DNA of 64,000 bases from Myxococcota bacterium (GTDB lineage Bacteria; Myxococcota_A; UBA9160; UBA6930). Shown here in pieces: positions 42,285-51,293 of this stretch. The notes under the pieces are model-generated. The model saw only the letters and a list, made by a program, of their open reading frames with translations, ran no database searches and was not told the DNA's origin. Made by a program: the position numbers and the translations under genes. Numbering within the stretch: the first letter of the stretch is position 1; every line of letters begins with the position of its first letter. The stretch spans positions 2,624,001 to 2,688,000 of the forward strand of contig OZ245015.1 in assembly GCA_965223705.1 (NCBI GenBank), given 5' to 3'.

Positions 42285-44354
42285 ATGGGCAACGTCGATG
42301 TTTCGAAGCGGCGAAATTTCGCAATCGTCGGGCATAGTGGCGACGGCAAGACGTCACTCGGCGAAGCGTTACTCCACCGCGCCGGCGCCACCGACGAGCT
42401 CGGCAAGGTCGACGACGGGACTTCGAGCCTCGACCACACTCCGGAAGAAAAAGAGCGTCATCACACTCTACACTCCTCAGTGTACAGCTTCGACTACGAC
42501 GGCCACGCCATCACGTTGGTCGACACACCCGGTGATCCGAACTTTCAGGCCGACGGTCGAATCGCCCTCGGCGCACTCGACGCAGCCGTCCTCGTCATCT
42601 CGGCGACCGACGGAGTCAAGGTCGGCTCGGAATCCATGTGGGCGGCGTGCCAGCGGGCGGAAATGCCCGTCGCGATCTTTGTGAACGGCCAAGACCACGA
42701 TCGGGCCGATTTCTCCGCCGCGATGGAATCGGCGAAGACGATGGGCGCGCCGGCCGCTGCGGTCACGATTCCGGTCGGGGCGGGGGAATCGTTCAAGGGC
42801 GTCATCGACTTGTTGCACGACAAGTACATCGTCGATGGAAAGAGCGGAGACGTCCCCGCCGAGCTCGCGGAAGAAGTGGCCGCTGCGCGGGAGCAACTCG
42901 TCGAAGCCGTGGCGGAAGGTTCCGACGAGCTCCTCGAGAAGTATCTCGAGGACGGCGAGCTCAGCGAAGAGGAGGTCGAGCACGGACTCCTCGAAGGCAT
43001 TCGCAACGGCTCGCTGGTGCCGGTCTTCGCAGGCTCAGCGACGCAGCTCGAAGGCGTTTCCTCGCTTCTCTCGGCGATCTGCACCCTCTTGCCCTCCCCG
43101 CTCGATCGACCCGCTCGATCCGCGCGGGAGATGGATTCGGGCGACGAGACCGAAGCGCCGCCGAACCCCGACGCGCCTTTCTCGGCGGTCGTCTTCAAGA
43201 CGATGATCGATCGCTACGCGGGAACGCTCTCGGTGATACGTGTCGTCTCGGGGAAAGTGCACTCCGATCAGACGGTGCTCAACGTGACGCGCGACGGCAA
43301 AGTCCGCTTCGGCAAGTTGATGAGCCTCTCCGGCGCGGGCCACCACGAAAGTGGCGAGGCGGGGCCCGGCGACATCGTGGCGGTCGCGAAGCTCAAGGAC
43401 GTCCACACCGGCGATGTCCTGACCGCCGAAAAGAATGGCTTGCGCCTCGCCGAGATCCCGATCCCCCACGGCGTGCTGTCCTACGCGATCTCCGCGAAGA
43501 ACAAAGGCGACGAGGACAAGGTCTTCAACGCGCTCGGCCGCTTGGTCGAGGAAGATCCGACGCTTTCCGTCGAGCGCGATCCCGCCACAGGAGAGTTTCT
43601 GCTCACGGGAATGGGCGAGCTCCACATCCGGCTGTCCGTCGACCAGTTGGAGCGGAACTACGGTGTGGAGGTCGAACTCAAGACGCCGAAAGTCCCGTAT
43701 CGGGAGACCATCTCCCGGAAGGCGGAGGGCATCGAAGGCAAGCTCAAGAAGCAGAGCGGCGGGAAAGGCATGTACGGAGTCTGCTACCTGTCGGTAGAAC
43801 CGCTTCCCCGCGGGTCAGGCATCGAGTTCGTCGACGAGATCGTCGGGGGCGCGATTCCGCGCAATCTGATTCCCGCCGTGGAAAAAGGCGTTCACGAATC
43901 GAAGGACGCCGGCCCGCTCGCCGGCTATCCGGTGGTGGACGTCCGGGTACGCTGCGTGGATGGAAAACACCACAGCGTGGACTCCAACGAGATGGCTTTC
44001 AAGATCGCGGGCTCGCTGGGCTTCAAGGCCGCGCTCGAAGCGGCAAAGCCCGAGCTCCTGGAACCCGTCATGAACGTCGAAATCGCGATCCCCGAGGACT
44101 ACGTCGGGGACGTGATGGGCGATATCAGCAGCCGCCGGGGCCGGGTCCAGACCTCGGAAGTCCGCGGCAGCTCTCAAGTGATCAAGGCGAGCGTCCCCAT
44201 GGCCGAAATGCTCGAGTATGCGAGCGCTCTCACCAGCCTGACCGGCGGTAAGGGAGCGTTCCACATGGAGTTCTCCCATTACGACCCGATTCCGGCCCAG
44301 CTCCGGGACAAGGTCATTGCGGAGGCCCAGGCGCAGCGGGAAACGGAGTCCTGA
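42285..44354 (+). CDS. Elongation factor G paralogue (EF-G2-like)
   Basis: EF-G architecture (GMGELH, VPYRETI, KKQSGG, HSVDS, LLEPVM) with divergent G-domain motifs; outside the str operon. Confidence 0.9.
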   Translation: MGNVDVSKRRNFAIVGHSGDGKTSLGEALLHRAGATDELGKVDDGTSSLDHTPEEKERHHTLHSSVYSFDYDGHAITLVDTPGDPNFQADGRIALGALDAAVLVISATDGVKVGSESMWAACQRAEMPVAIFVNGQDHDRADFSAAMESAKTMGAPAAAVTIPVGAGESFKGVIDLLHDKYIVDGKSGDVPAELAEEVAAAREQLVEAVAEGSDELLEKYLEDGELSEEEVEHGLLEGIRNGSLVPVFAGSATQLEGVSSLLSAICTLLPSPLDRPARSAREMDSGDETEAPPNPDAPFSAVVFKTMIDRYAGTLSVIRVVSGKVHSDQTVLNVTRDGKVRFGKLMSLSGAGHHESGEAGPGDIVAVAKLKDVHTGDVLTAEKNGLRLAEIPIPHGVLSYAISAKNKGDEDKVFNALGRLVEEDPTLSVERDPATGEFLLTGMGELHIRLSVDQLERNYGVEVELKTPKVPYRETISRKAEGIEGKLKKQSGGKGMYGVCYLSVEPLPRGSGIEFVDEIVGGAIPRNLIPAVEKGVHESKDAGPLAGYPVVDVRVRCVDGKHHSVDSNEMAFKIAGSLGFKAALEAAKPELLEPVMNVEIAIPEDYVGDVMGDISSRRGRVQTSEVRGSSQVIKASVPMAEMLEYASALTSLTGGKGAFHMEFSHYDPIPAQLRDKVIAEAQAQRETES

Positions 44355-44388
44355 CGCGCGTGCGGCCCCCGCGGAAGCAGGCCGCACG

Positions 44389-45471
44389 TTGTCGAAAGCC
44401 AAGATTCAGCTGCGGCTCTCCTCGGAAGCGGAGAAGTACGTCCGGAAGGACGCGCCGGTGGGTGTCCGCCGGCTCGCGGCGGGCGGCGCCCTCCCCTTGC
44501 CTCCCGTCGAGCTCGTCACAGTCCTGTTCGTGCTGTCCCACGACGCCGACACCGAGGTCAAGACGAAGGCGACGGCGAGCCTCGAAGGGCTCCCGGAGAA
44601 CATCAGCCAGACGGTGCTGTCTTCCGAACAGACCCACGCGAGCGTGCTTCATGCGCTCGGACACATCTTCAAAGACAGCGCGAAGCTGACCGAGACGCTG
44701 GCCTTGAACGCGGCGGCGGACGACGAGACGATCGTTTTTCTCGCTTCCCTCCCCCATCGACGCGTGGTCGATATCGTCGCGAACAACCAAGAGCGTCTGC
44801 TCCGCTGTGACGCGATCGCCGAGGCTCTCGGTGAGAACCCCTTAACGGGCCGCGCCACGATCGATCGCATCCTGACGTTCCTCGGCATCGACAAGGCGAA
44901 GGGTGAGGAAGTCGAGGTGGAGGTCGACGCCGTCGATCCGGACGAGCTCACCGACGAGTCCGCCGCCAACGCGTTGCGAGCGCTGCTCGGCGATGACGCG
45001 GGGGAGTTCGCCGAAGCCCTCATCGACGACACGGATGGTGAGCTCAGCGAAGAAGAGGAAGGGAACCTCTTCGCGCTGCTGCAGCGCATGACCGTGATGC
45101 AGAAGATCAAGCTCGCTCGCCTCGGGAACAAGGAAGCGCGCTCTCTCCTCGTCCGCGATCACAACAAGCTCGTCGCGGCAGCCGCGATTCGCAGCCCGAA
45201 GGTCACCGACAACGAGATCGAAGGCATCGCGAAGGCACGCAACGTATCCGACGAGGTCCTCCGAATTATCGCGTCGAATCGCGAATGGACGCGCAACTAC
45301 TCGGTGAAACGCGCTTTGGCGACGAACCCCAAGTGCCCGATCCAGTACGCCATGAAGTTCCTGAACTTCATGCAGGAACGAGATTTGCGCAGCGTCATGC
45401 GCAGCAAAGACGTCCCGGCGGCCATCTCGACCCATGCGCGCCGCTTGTTGCAGAAGAAGGGAAAAATCTGA
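44389..45471 (+). CDS. Hypothetical alpha-helical protein
   Basis: Long ORF with coding-like codon bias; C-terminal MTVMQKIKLARLGNKEAR...NPKCP region; TTG start 44389. Confidence 0.75.
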   Translation: MSKAKIQLRLSSEAEKYVRKDAPVGVRRLAAGGALPLPPVELVTVLFVLSHDADTEVKTKATASLEGLPENISQTVLSSEQTHASVLHALGHIFKDSAKLTETLALNAAADDETIVFLASLPHRRVVDIVANNQERLLRCDAIAEALGENPLTGRATIDRILTFLGIDKAKGEEVEVEVDAVDPDELTDESAANALRALLGDDAGEFAEALIDDTDGELSEEEEGNLFALLQRMTVMQKIKLARLGNKEARSLLVRDHNKLVAAAAIRSPKVTDNEIEGIAKARNVSDEVLRIIASNREWTRNYSVKRALATNPKCPIQYAMKFLNFMQERDLRSVMRSKDVPAAISTHARRLLQKKGKI

Positions 45472-46319
45472 TGGCGGTCGACTACGACAAGACCGAACTC
45501 CATGCGCGGATCGTTTACTGGGGTCCCGAAGGGAGCGGAAAAACCACCAACCTCGAACTGATTCACCGCAAGCTGCGCAGCGATCACCGGGGCGACTTGC
45601 GTACGATGCCGACGCGAATCGATCCTTCGGTCAACTACGAGATCCTTCCCATCGAGCTCGGACGCGTAAGCGGCGTCTACACGCGCATCGAAATCGTCGC
45701 TGTACCGAGTGGTGAGGAGCAGGCCCCGACTCGCAAGCAACTCCTCGATCGGGTCGACGGAATCGTCCTCGTGCTCGACGCGCGACGAGACCGGGTCGAA
45801 GACAACCTCCGATCCTTCGAGGAGCTCGTCGAGTTCCTCGAGGCGTACGGTCGTTCTCTGTCGGAGATCCCGTGCGTCGTGCAGTACAACAAACGGGACC
45901 TCGCGGATCCCTTTGCCGTCGAGGAGCTTCACCGAAAACTCGACGTCGAGGGACTCGCGGCGTTCGAAGCCGTGGCAAACGTGGGCACCGGGGTGCTGCA
46001 ATCGCTGACGACGGTTTCGAAACTCGTCGTCCGCTCGCTCCGCGAGCCGGCGATACACGGGGAGACGGCTCCGCCGGAGCCCCATGTCGAAGAGACGCCG
46101 CCGTATAACGCTCCTCTCGAACCGTCGGATTCGACCGTGGAAGTGCGGTCCGCCTCGGCTCGCGCGAGCTCGCTGGTGCTTCTCCGAGCGGAAACGCCGA
46201 AAATCGAAGGGGATAATCGGCTTCTCGTGCCGCTGGTCCTCGCGGATTCCGCCGGACACGAGCACCATGTAGAGATTCGCGTCGAGCTCGCCGGAACGAG
46301 TCCGGGCTCCTCGCGTTAG
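45471..46319 (+). CDS. MglA-like small GTPase with C-terminal extension
   Basis: IVYWGPEGSGKTTNL, VDGIVLVLDA, QYNKRD, EAVA..GTGV; TGATG coupling to the upstream gene. Confidence 0.85.
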   Translation: MAVDYDKTELHARIVYWGPEGSGKTTNLELIHRKLRSDHRGDLRTMPTRIDPSVNYEILPIELGRVSGVYTRIEIVAVPSGEEQAPTRKQLLDRVDGIVLVLDARRDRVEDNLRSFEELVEFLEAYGRSLSEIPCVVQYNKRDLADPFAVEELHRKLDVEGLAAFEAVANVGTGVLQSLTTVSKLVVRSLREPAIHGETAPPEPHVEETPPYNAPLEPSDSTVEVRSASARASSLVLLRAETPKIEGDNRLLVPLVLADSAGHEHHVEIRVELAGTSPGSSR

Positions 46320-46331
46320 AGGAGCAGAAGC

Positions 46332-48635
46332 GTGCGCAGGGGCGTCGCCCTTTACGGAGTGACCGAAGAGAGCGCGGGGTTGATCCCGCTGCTCGAATCG
46401 CGGCCCGACTTGGAAGTCGTCGCTGTCTACGATCCGGCGCCCGCAGAAGCGCGGGCGAAACTCGAAGCGTTGGGCGGCGACTACGCCGCGCGCCTCGGCG
46501 ACCGGTTCGTGGCCGACCCGCGCGATTTCCTGCGCGTGGTCGGGCTCTCGGCGATCATCGATGCCGGCCGCGACGCACCGCTCGCAGAGCGAATCCCCGA
46601 GGTCGAGTCAAGCGACGTGGAGGTCGTTTCGACCCTGACGGCGCGACTCCTCTGGGGCTACGGGCCCGCCTCCCGCGAGCGCCAAGGCGAACTCCTCCAA
46701 GCGCTCCGCGAGATTGTAGACTCGCTCAACCTCGCGAGCGACGGTGAAGAGCTCTTCTCCAGGATCCTCGACATCGCGATCAGCGTGCTCGGAGCGGACG
46801 GCGGCTCGTTGATGCTGCTCGATGCGGCCGGCGAAACCCTGTCGATACGCGTCGCCAAAGGCGTCGAGCCCGAGTTGTGGTCCAAAGTCCGGACGCCCCT
46901 CGGCCAGGGCATCGCCGGACGCGTGGCATCGGAGGTGCGCGCGGCCCGCGTCCGCGGCAAGGCGGACCCCGAGGAGTTCCACATCCTGCGGGAGCGCTTC
47001 GATGTGAAGGACGCCCTGTCGTTGCCGCTCGTACACAGCGGGAGGATCCAAGGCGTCTTGAACCTCCACAGCACCGCGAACCTCGACACGTTCTCCGACG
47101 ACGACGTGTCGTTCGCCGAAGAACTCGCGCGCGCTTCGGGAGAGATTCTCGCCCGGGCCGAAGAACATCAGCACTTGCGACGGCAAGCGCACCGCTACGC
47201 CCTCGTCACAGAAGTGCGTCAACATCTCGGCGTTCCGCAACCCCTCGAGGAGCGCTTGTCATCTCTCTGCGCTCTCCTCGCGAAGCGGGTGGGACGCGGT
47301 ACCGCAACCGTCTACCTACTCGAACCGGAGAGCGAGGAGCTGCGCTTGACGGCGACCTCGATGGCGACGGGCAGCTTGCTCGCGGAACTCCGAGTACCCG
47401 TCGGTACCGGAATCGACGGTCAGGCCGCCGGCGGCACGCCGGAGCTCCTCCACGGGCCCGACGGCGCGCTGCGCCTAGCCGCGATGCCACTCCCGAGCGC
47501 GGGTGAAACCGTCGGCGTCTTGTCGGTCCAAGTGGGTACCGCGCCGCGCCGTGCGAACGACTTGCCGGTGGGACGCGCTGCGGAGGAGACCCTCCGAGAG
47601 ATCGCAGCCGCCCTGGCCGACGAAATCGCGAAGGCGTGGCGCGAGGAGCGCATGGAGACGCGTGCGACGAAAGCGACCGCGATCAACGAGGCCGGGCTCC
47701 GCCTGATCTCCGCTCGCGAGATCTCTGAAGTCGTGCGGCAATCGACGGCTTCGGGGGCTCTCGTGCTCGAAGCGGACCACGCTTTGCTGCGGTTGCTCGA
47801 CCCGGAATCGAATCGCTACGTCATCCGCTCCTACTACGGCAGTGCTGACCGCGACCAGCGCGAGCAGCTCTTCGCCCTCGACAAAGACGTCAGCGTCACG
47901 GTGATCCGCCAGCGCGAATCTCTACTCGTGCACCGAAGCGATCGCGACGAGCGGTGGAACACCCATGAGGCGTCGGTGCGTTCCATCCTCGGCGCGCCGC
48001 TCCTGCGCGATGGGCGGGTCGTTGGGACCCTCACGTTCTACGACAAAATGGCGGCGGACGCGTTTTTTCCCGGTCACTTCTCGCGCGACGATCTCGAGGT
48101 CTTGAACCGCTATGCGCGTTACGTCGAGCGGGCCGTCACGAACGCGCTGTTCTACCGCCAGGCGAAAGCGCAGAGCAACTTCGATGAGGCGACCGGACTT
48201 CCCAACGCCGAGTATCTCGCCCGGCGCATCGATCAGGAAATCGCGCGAGCGGGGGGACGCCCGAACGCGTTCGCACTGGCGACGTGCCGAATCGAGAACC
48301 TGAGCGAACTCCGCAGTGCGGTGGACGCGGCGCACGCCGAGCGCGTCGTCCAGCGGACGGCCGAAGCGATGCGCGACAAGCTGCGCGACTTCGACATCGT
48401 CGCGCGAACGGCGGACGACGAATTCGCGGCGTTGCTCCCGGAGCCCGGGGATCTCCCGGGCGATCGCGTCGCCGATCTGGCGCGTGCGGTCGCCGAGGAC
48501 ATCGTCCGCAACGAAGCGCTGAACGACCCGATACGAATCGGCTTGGTCTTTGGTTATACGGTGCCCGAGAGCTCGGACGACCCCCGGGAGAGCTTGGTCG
48601 CACGCGCCCGCGAGCCCCGAATCCGCATGCTCTAG
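46332..48635 (+). CDS. Multi-GAF protein with C-terminal degenerate GGDEF domain
   Basis: GAF motifs (GSLMLLD..GQGIAGRVA..GVLNL..FSDDD), DEATGLPN, and RDFDIVARTADDEF; GTG after AGGAG. Confidence 0.85.
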   Translation: MRRGVALYGVTEESAGLIPLLESRPDLEVVAVYDPAPAEARAKLEALGGDYAARLGDRFVADPRDFLRVVGLSAIIDAGRDAPLAERIPEVESSDVEVVSTLTARLLWGYGPASRERQGELLQALREIVDSLNLASDGEELFSRILDIAISVLGADGGSLMLLDAAGETLSIRVAKGVEPELWSKVRTPLGQGIAGRVASEVRAARVRGKADPEEFHILRERFDVKDALSLPLVHSGRIQGVLNLHSTANLDTFSDDDVSFAEELARASGEILARAEEHQHLRRQAHRYALVTEVRQHLGVPQPLEERLSSLCALLAKRVGRGTATVYLLEPESEELRLTATSMATGSLLAELRVPVGTGIDGQAAGGTPELLHGPDGALRLAAMPLPSAGETVGVLSVQVGTAPRRANDLPVGRAAEETLREIAAALADEIAKAWREERMETRATKATAINEAGLRLISAREISEVVRQSTASGALVLEADHALLRLLDPESNRYVIRSYYGSADRDQREQLFALDKDVSVTVIRQRESLLVHRSDRDERWNTHEASVRSILGAPLLRDGRVVGTLTFYDKMAADAFFPGHFSRDDLEVLNRYARYVERAVTNALFYRQAKAQSNFDEATGLPNAEYLARRIDQEIARAGGRPNAFALATCRIENLSELRSAVDAAHAERVVQRTAEAMRDKLRDFDIVARTADDEFAALLPEPGDLPGDRVADLARAVAEDIVRNEALNDPIRIGLVFGYTVPESSDDPRESLVARAREPRIRML

Positions 48636-48642
48636 GGCACTC

Positions 48643-49182
48643 TCATCGACCCGATTTGGCTCCCGGAACGAGCTGCCGGCCGCGGAAGCCGCCGTTCGTC
48701 CGCTTGAACGCAGCGATTTCTTCGACCCTCCCTTCCACCAGCGAGATGACGACGTGATAGGCGTCGGGGAACGGGAACCACGCCTGACTTGCGAAGGCCT
48801 GATCGAGCTCCGAAAAATACGCGCCCGCTCCCACGTGGGAGTGGTAGACCGCGGTGATGCTCTCACCCGACGCAGCGGCTTGTTCCGTCGCGCGCAAGTA
48901 GTCCCCCTCGTTCATGAAGAACGCGGTCTGACCGTCTCTCGGGTACTGGGCCGGATCCTCTTGGTGCTTGCGCGTGACGTCGTTCCGGCAGCGGTAGACG
49001 CTCCGAAAGACATCCTCCGGAGTGCCTCCGATGAGTCCACAGCACTCTTCGGGTGCGGCCTCTCGGGCGTGCGCACAGAGCTCGTTCCACGGAGTCGCCG
49101 AGGCGACGAGGGGCGGCTCCGAGGGATCGTGAAGGATCCGTCGTTGGGCGGAGGGGGAAGCTTCCTCAAGTCGTTGTGCCAA
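48643..49182 (-). CDS. JAB/Mov34 (M67) metallopeptidase
   Basis: PEECCGL and YHSHVGAGAYFSELD (JAMM motif). Confidence 0.88.
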   Translation of the reverse strand: MAQRLEEASPSAQRRILHDPSEPPLVASATPWNELCAHAREAAPEECCGLIGGTPEDVFRSVYRCRNDVTRKHQEDPAQYPRDGQTAFFMNEGDYLRATEQAAASGESITAVYHSHVGAGAYFSELDQAFASQAWFPFPDAYHVVISLVEGRVEEIAAFKRTNGGFRGRQLVPGAKSGR

Positions 49183-49341
49183 GGCTGGCGGAGTCTAGAC
49201 AACGGTTTCTAGAAATGCACCGAAGCCCTCGAAAGCCCGAGCAAAATCTGACTCCCCGACGCAGACGATCCCATGCGCCCGGGCATCCCTCGAGGGAGTG
49301 CGCTACCGCCCCGGGGAATCGACTCACCGTCGGAGGCTCCC

Positions 49342-50364
49342 GTGAAACTCGATACCCAACTCCGCGACTTCAGCCTGGCGGACGTCGCAGGCCAGGTCGA
49401 ACGCTTTGAGAAACTCGGTTTCGACGGCGTCTGGACCTTCGAAGCCGCGAACGACCCCTTCCTACCGTTGGGCGTTGCGGCCAGCGCCGACACCCGCCTC
49501 GAACTGGGCACCAACATTTCCGTCGCCTTCGGGAGGAGCCCGTTCACCATGGCGCAGGTCGCTTGGGATCTTCAGCGCGCGAGCGGCGGTCGCTTTCATC
49601 TGGGCCTCGGCACCCAGGTCCGGGCGCACATCGAACGGCGTTTCAGCATGCCTTGGAGCGCGCCGGCCAAACGTCTCGTCGACTACATCCGCTGCGTTCG
49701 CGCGATCTGGGACACGTTCCAGAACGGGACCCGGCCGGCGTACAAGGGAGAGTTCTACCAGTTCACGCTGATGAACCCGTTCTTCTCCCCCGGCCCTGTC
49801 GATCGGCCGGACATCCCGATCTGGATCGCCGGTGTGAACACCGGGATGTGCCGGGCGGCCGGCGAAGTGGCCGACGGGTTTCATGTGCACCCGATGAACA
49901 GCGCCGGCTATCTGCGGGACGTGGTGCGGCCGGCGATCGCCGAGGGCGCGCGCCAGGCGGGACGCTCCGCGGGTGACGTGGCCCTTTACGCGCCGGTATT
50001 TGCGGTAACGGGCGACGATCAACCGCAGTGGGACCGCAGCGAGGCAGAAGTCCGCCGTCAAATCTCGTTCTACGCGTCGACCCCGAACTACCGGGCGGTT
50101 CTCGAATACCACGACCTCGGGGGCATCGCGAAAGAGCTTTCGGCAAAGGCACGCGCGGGAGAGTGGCGGGAAATGGCAGCACTCATTCCCGACCGATTGG
50201 TGGACGAACTCGCCGTCATCGCGAAACCGTCCGAGGTGCCGTCGGCGCTGCGCCGCCGCTACGAGGGACTCCTCGATCGCGTTTCTCTCTACTTCCCGAT
50301 CCCCGATGATGGAAATGACGATCGCTGGAAACAATTTGTCGCGGACTTTCGGGCGGCGGTATAG
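49342..50364 (+). CDS. LLM-class oxidoreductase, probably F420-dependent
   Basis: NDPFLPL, VAFGRSPF, LGLGTQVRAHIERRF, ISFYASTPNY; GTG 49342 after GGAGG. Confidence 0.85.
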   Translation: MKLDTQLRDFSLADVAGQVERFEKLGFDGVWTFEAANDPFLPLGVAASADTRLELGTNISVAFGRSPFTMAQVAWDLQRASGGRFHLGLGTQVRAHIERRFSMPWSAPAKRLVDYIRCVRAIWDTFQNGTRPAYKGEFYQFTLMNPFFSPGPVDRPDIPIWIAGVNTGMCRAAGEVADGFHVHPMNSAGYLRDVVRPAIAEGARQAGRSAGDVALYAPVFAVTGDDQPQWDRSEAEVRRQISFYASTPNYRAVLEYHDLGGIAKELSAKARAGEWREMAALIPDRLVDELAVIAKPSEVPSALRRRYEGLLDRVSLYFPIPDDGNDDRWKQFVADFRAAV

Positions 50365-50524
50365 CGGCTGTGAGGAGTTGCGCCTAAGCCGGCAAACTAC
50401 CGATTGCGTTGGCAAATTTGCCGGTGCTTTGCTAGCAACGGGTCGCGCGGGAGAAGCGATTCTCCCACGAACGAACGAGGGAACGGGCCCCTTCCGCGGT
50501 GCCCCGAGGACAAGGATCTTGGCC

Positions 50525-51154
50525 ATGACCGCACGCTTCCTGGGCGCCACGTGCTGCGCGCTCTTTGTTCTCCTGGCCTTCCCGGCCATCGCCGACGAAG
50601 AGCGCGGCAAGCAGTTGTACGAGTTGTGCCAGATGTGTCACGGCGACAATGGCGAAGGCATGACGCTCTCGCTGGCACCGTCCATCGCAGGGCAGAGCCA
50701 GTGGTACGTAGAGAGTCAGCTTCGACAGTTCCGCGACGGAGGCCGCGGCGTTCATCCCGAAGACGTGCCCGGTATGCGCATGCGTCCCATGTCGATTTGG
50801 CTCGCGAAAGACGAAGACCTCGTCGCCGTCGCCGAGTACGTTTCGAATCTTCCGCCCGTCGCGCTCGAGCCGACCTTGGCCGACGCCGACGTCGAGAAGG
50901 GCAAAACCATCTACGTCCTCTGTCAGGCTTGCCACGGTCCGGAAGGGGAAGGAATGGAACCCCTCAAAGCGCCGAAGCTCACCCACGTCTCGGACTGGTA
51001 TCTCGTATCGCAGCTCAAGCGCTTTAAAGAGGGCGTTCGCGGGACGAACCCCAAAAACCCGAACAGTGCGCTCATGCGTCCCATGGCGATGTCGCTCGCC
51101 GACGAGCAGGCCATGAAAGACGTGTCCGCATACATCATGACGCTCTCGAAGTAG
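50525..51154 (+). CDS. Dihaem cytochrome c4-type
   Basis: Signal peptide, CQMCH and CQACH, duplicated AP..Q/WY..QL..F..G.R..M..M domains. Confidence 0.9.
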   Translation: MTARFLGATCCALFVLLAFPAIADEERGKQLYELCQMCHGDNGEGMTLSLAPSIAGQSQWYVESQLRQFRDGGRGVHPEDVPGMRMRPMSIWLAKDEDLVAVAEYVSNLPPVALEPTLADADVEKGKTIYVLCQACHGPEGEGMEPLKAPKLTHVSDWYLVSQLKRFKEGVRGTNPKNPNSALMRPMAMSLADEQAMKDVSAYIMTLSK

Positions 51155-51169
51155 GACGGAGGCTCACAG

Positions 51170-51274
51170 ATGGCCAAGGCTTATCCGCCGGAGGAACTGG
51201 CGGCTCGCATCTTCTACATCAGCATGGTCGGCGTCGGCGCGTTTATCGCCGCCGTCTTCATGTTCGTCCTCTAA
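51170..51274 (+). CDS. 34-aa single-TM peptide in the oxidase operon
   Basis: GGAGG SD, then MAKAYPPEELAARIFYISMVGVGAFIAAVFMFVL*; fills the gap between cytochrome c and coxB; below the ORF-track cutoff. Confidence 0.7.
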   Translation: MAKAYPPEELAARIFYISMVGVGAFIAAVFMFVL

Positions 51275-51293
51275 CGCGCGGGAAGGCTGACCC

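Noticed and set aside
50421..50437. Sigma-54 promoter before the oxidase operon
   Set aside because: GG-N10-GC spacing is present, but the flanks do not match TGGCAC/TTGC.
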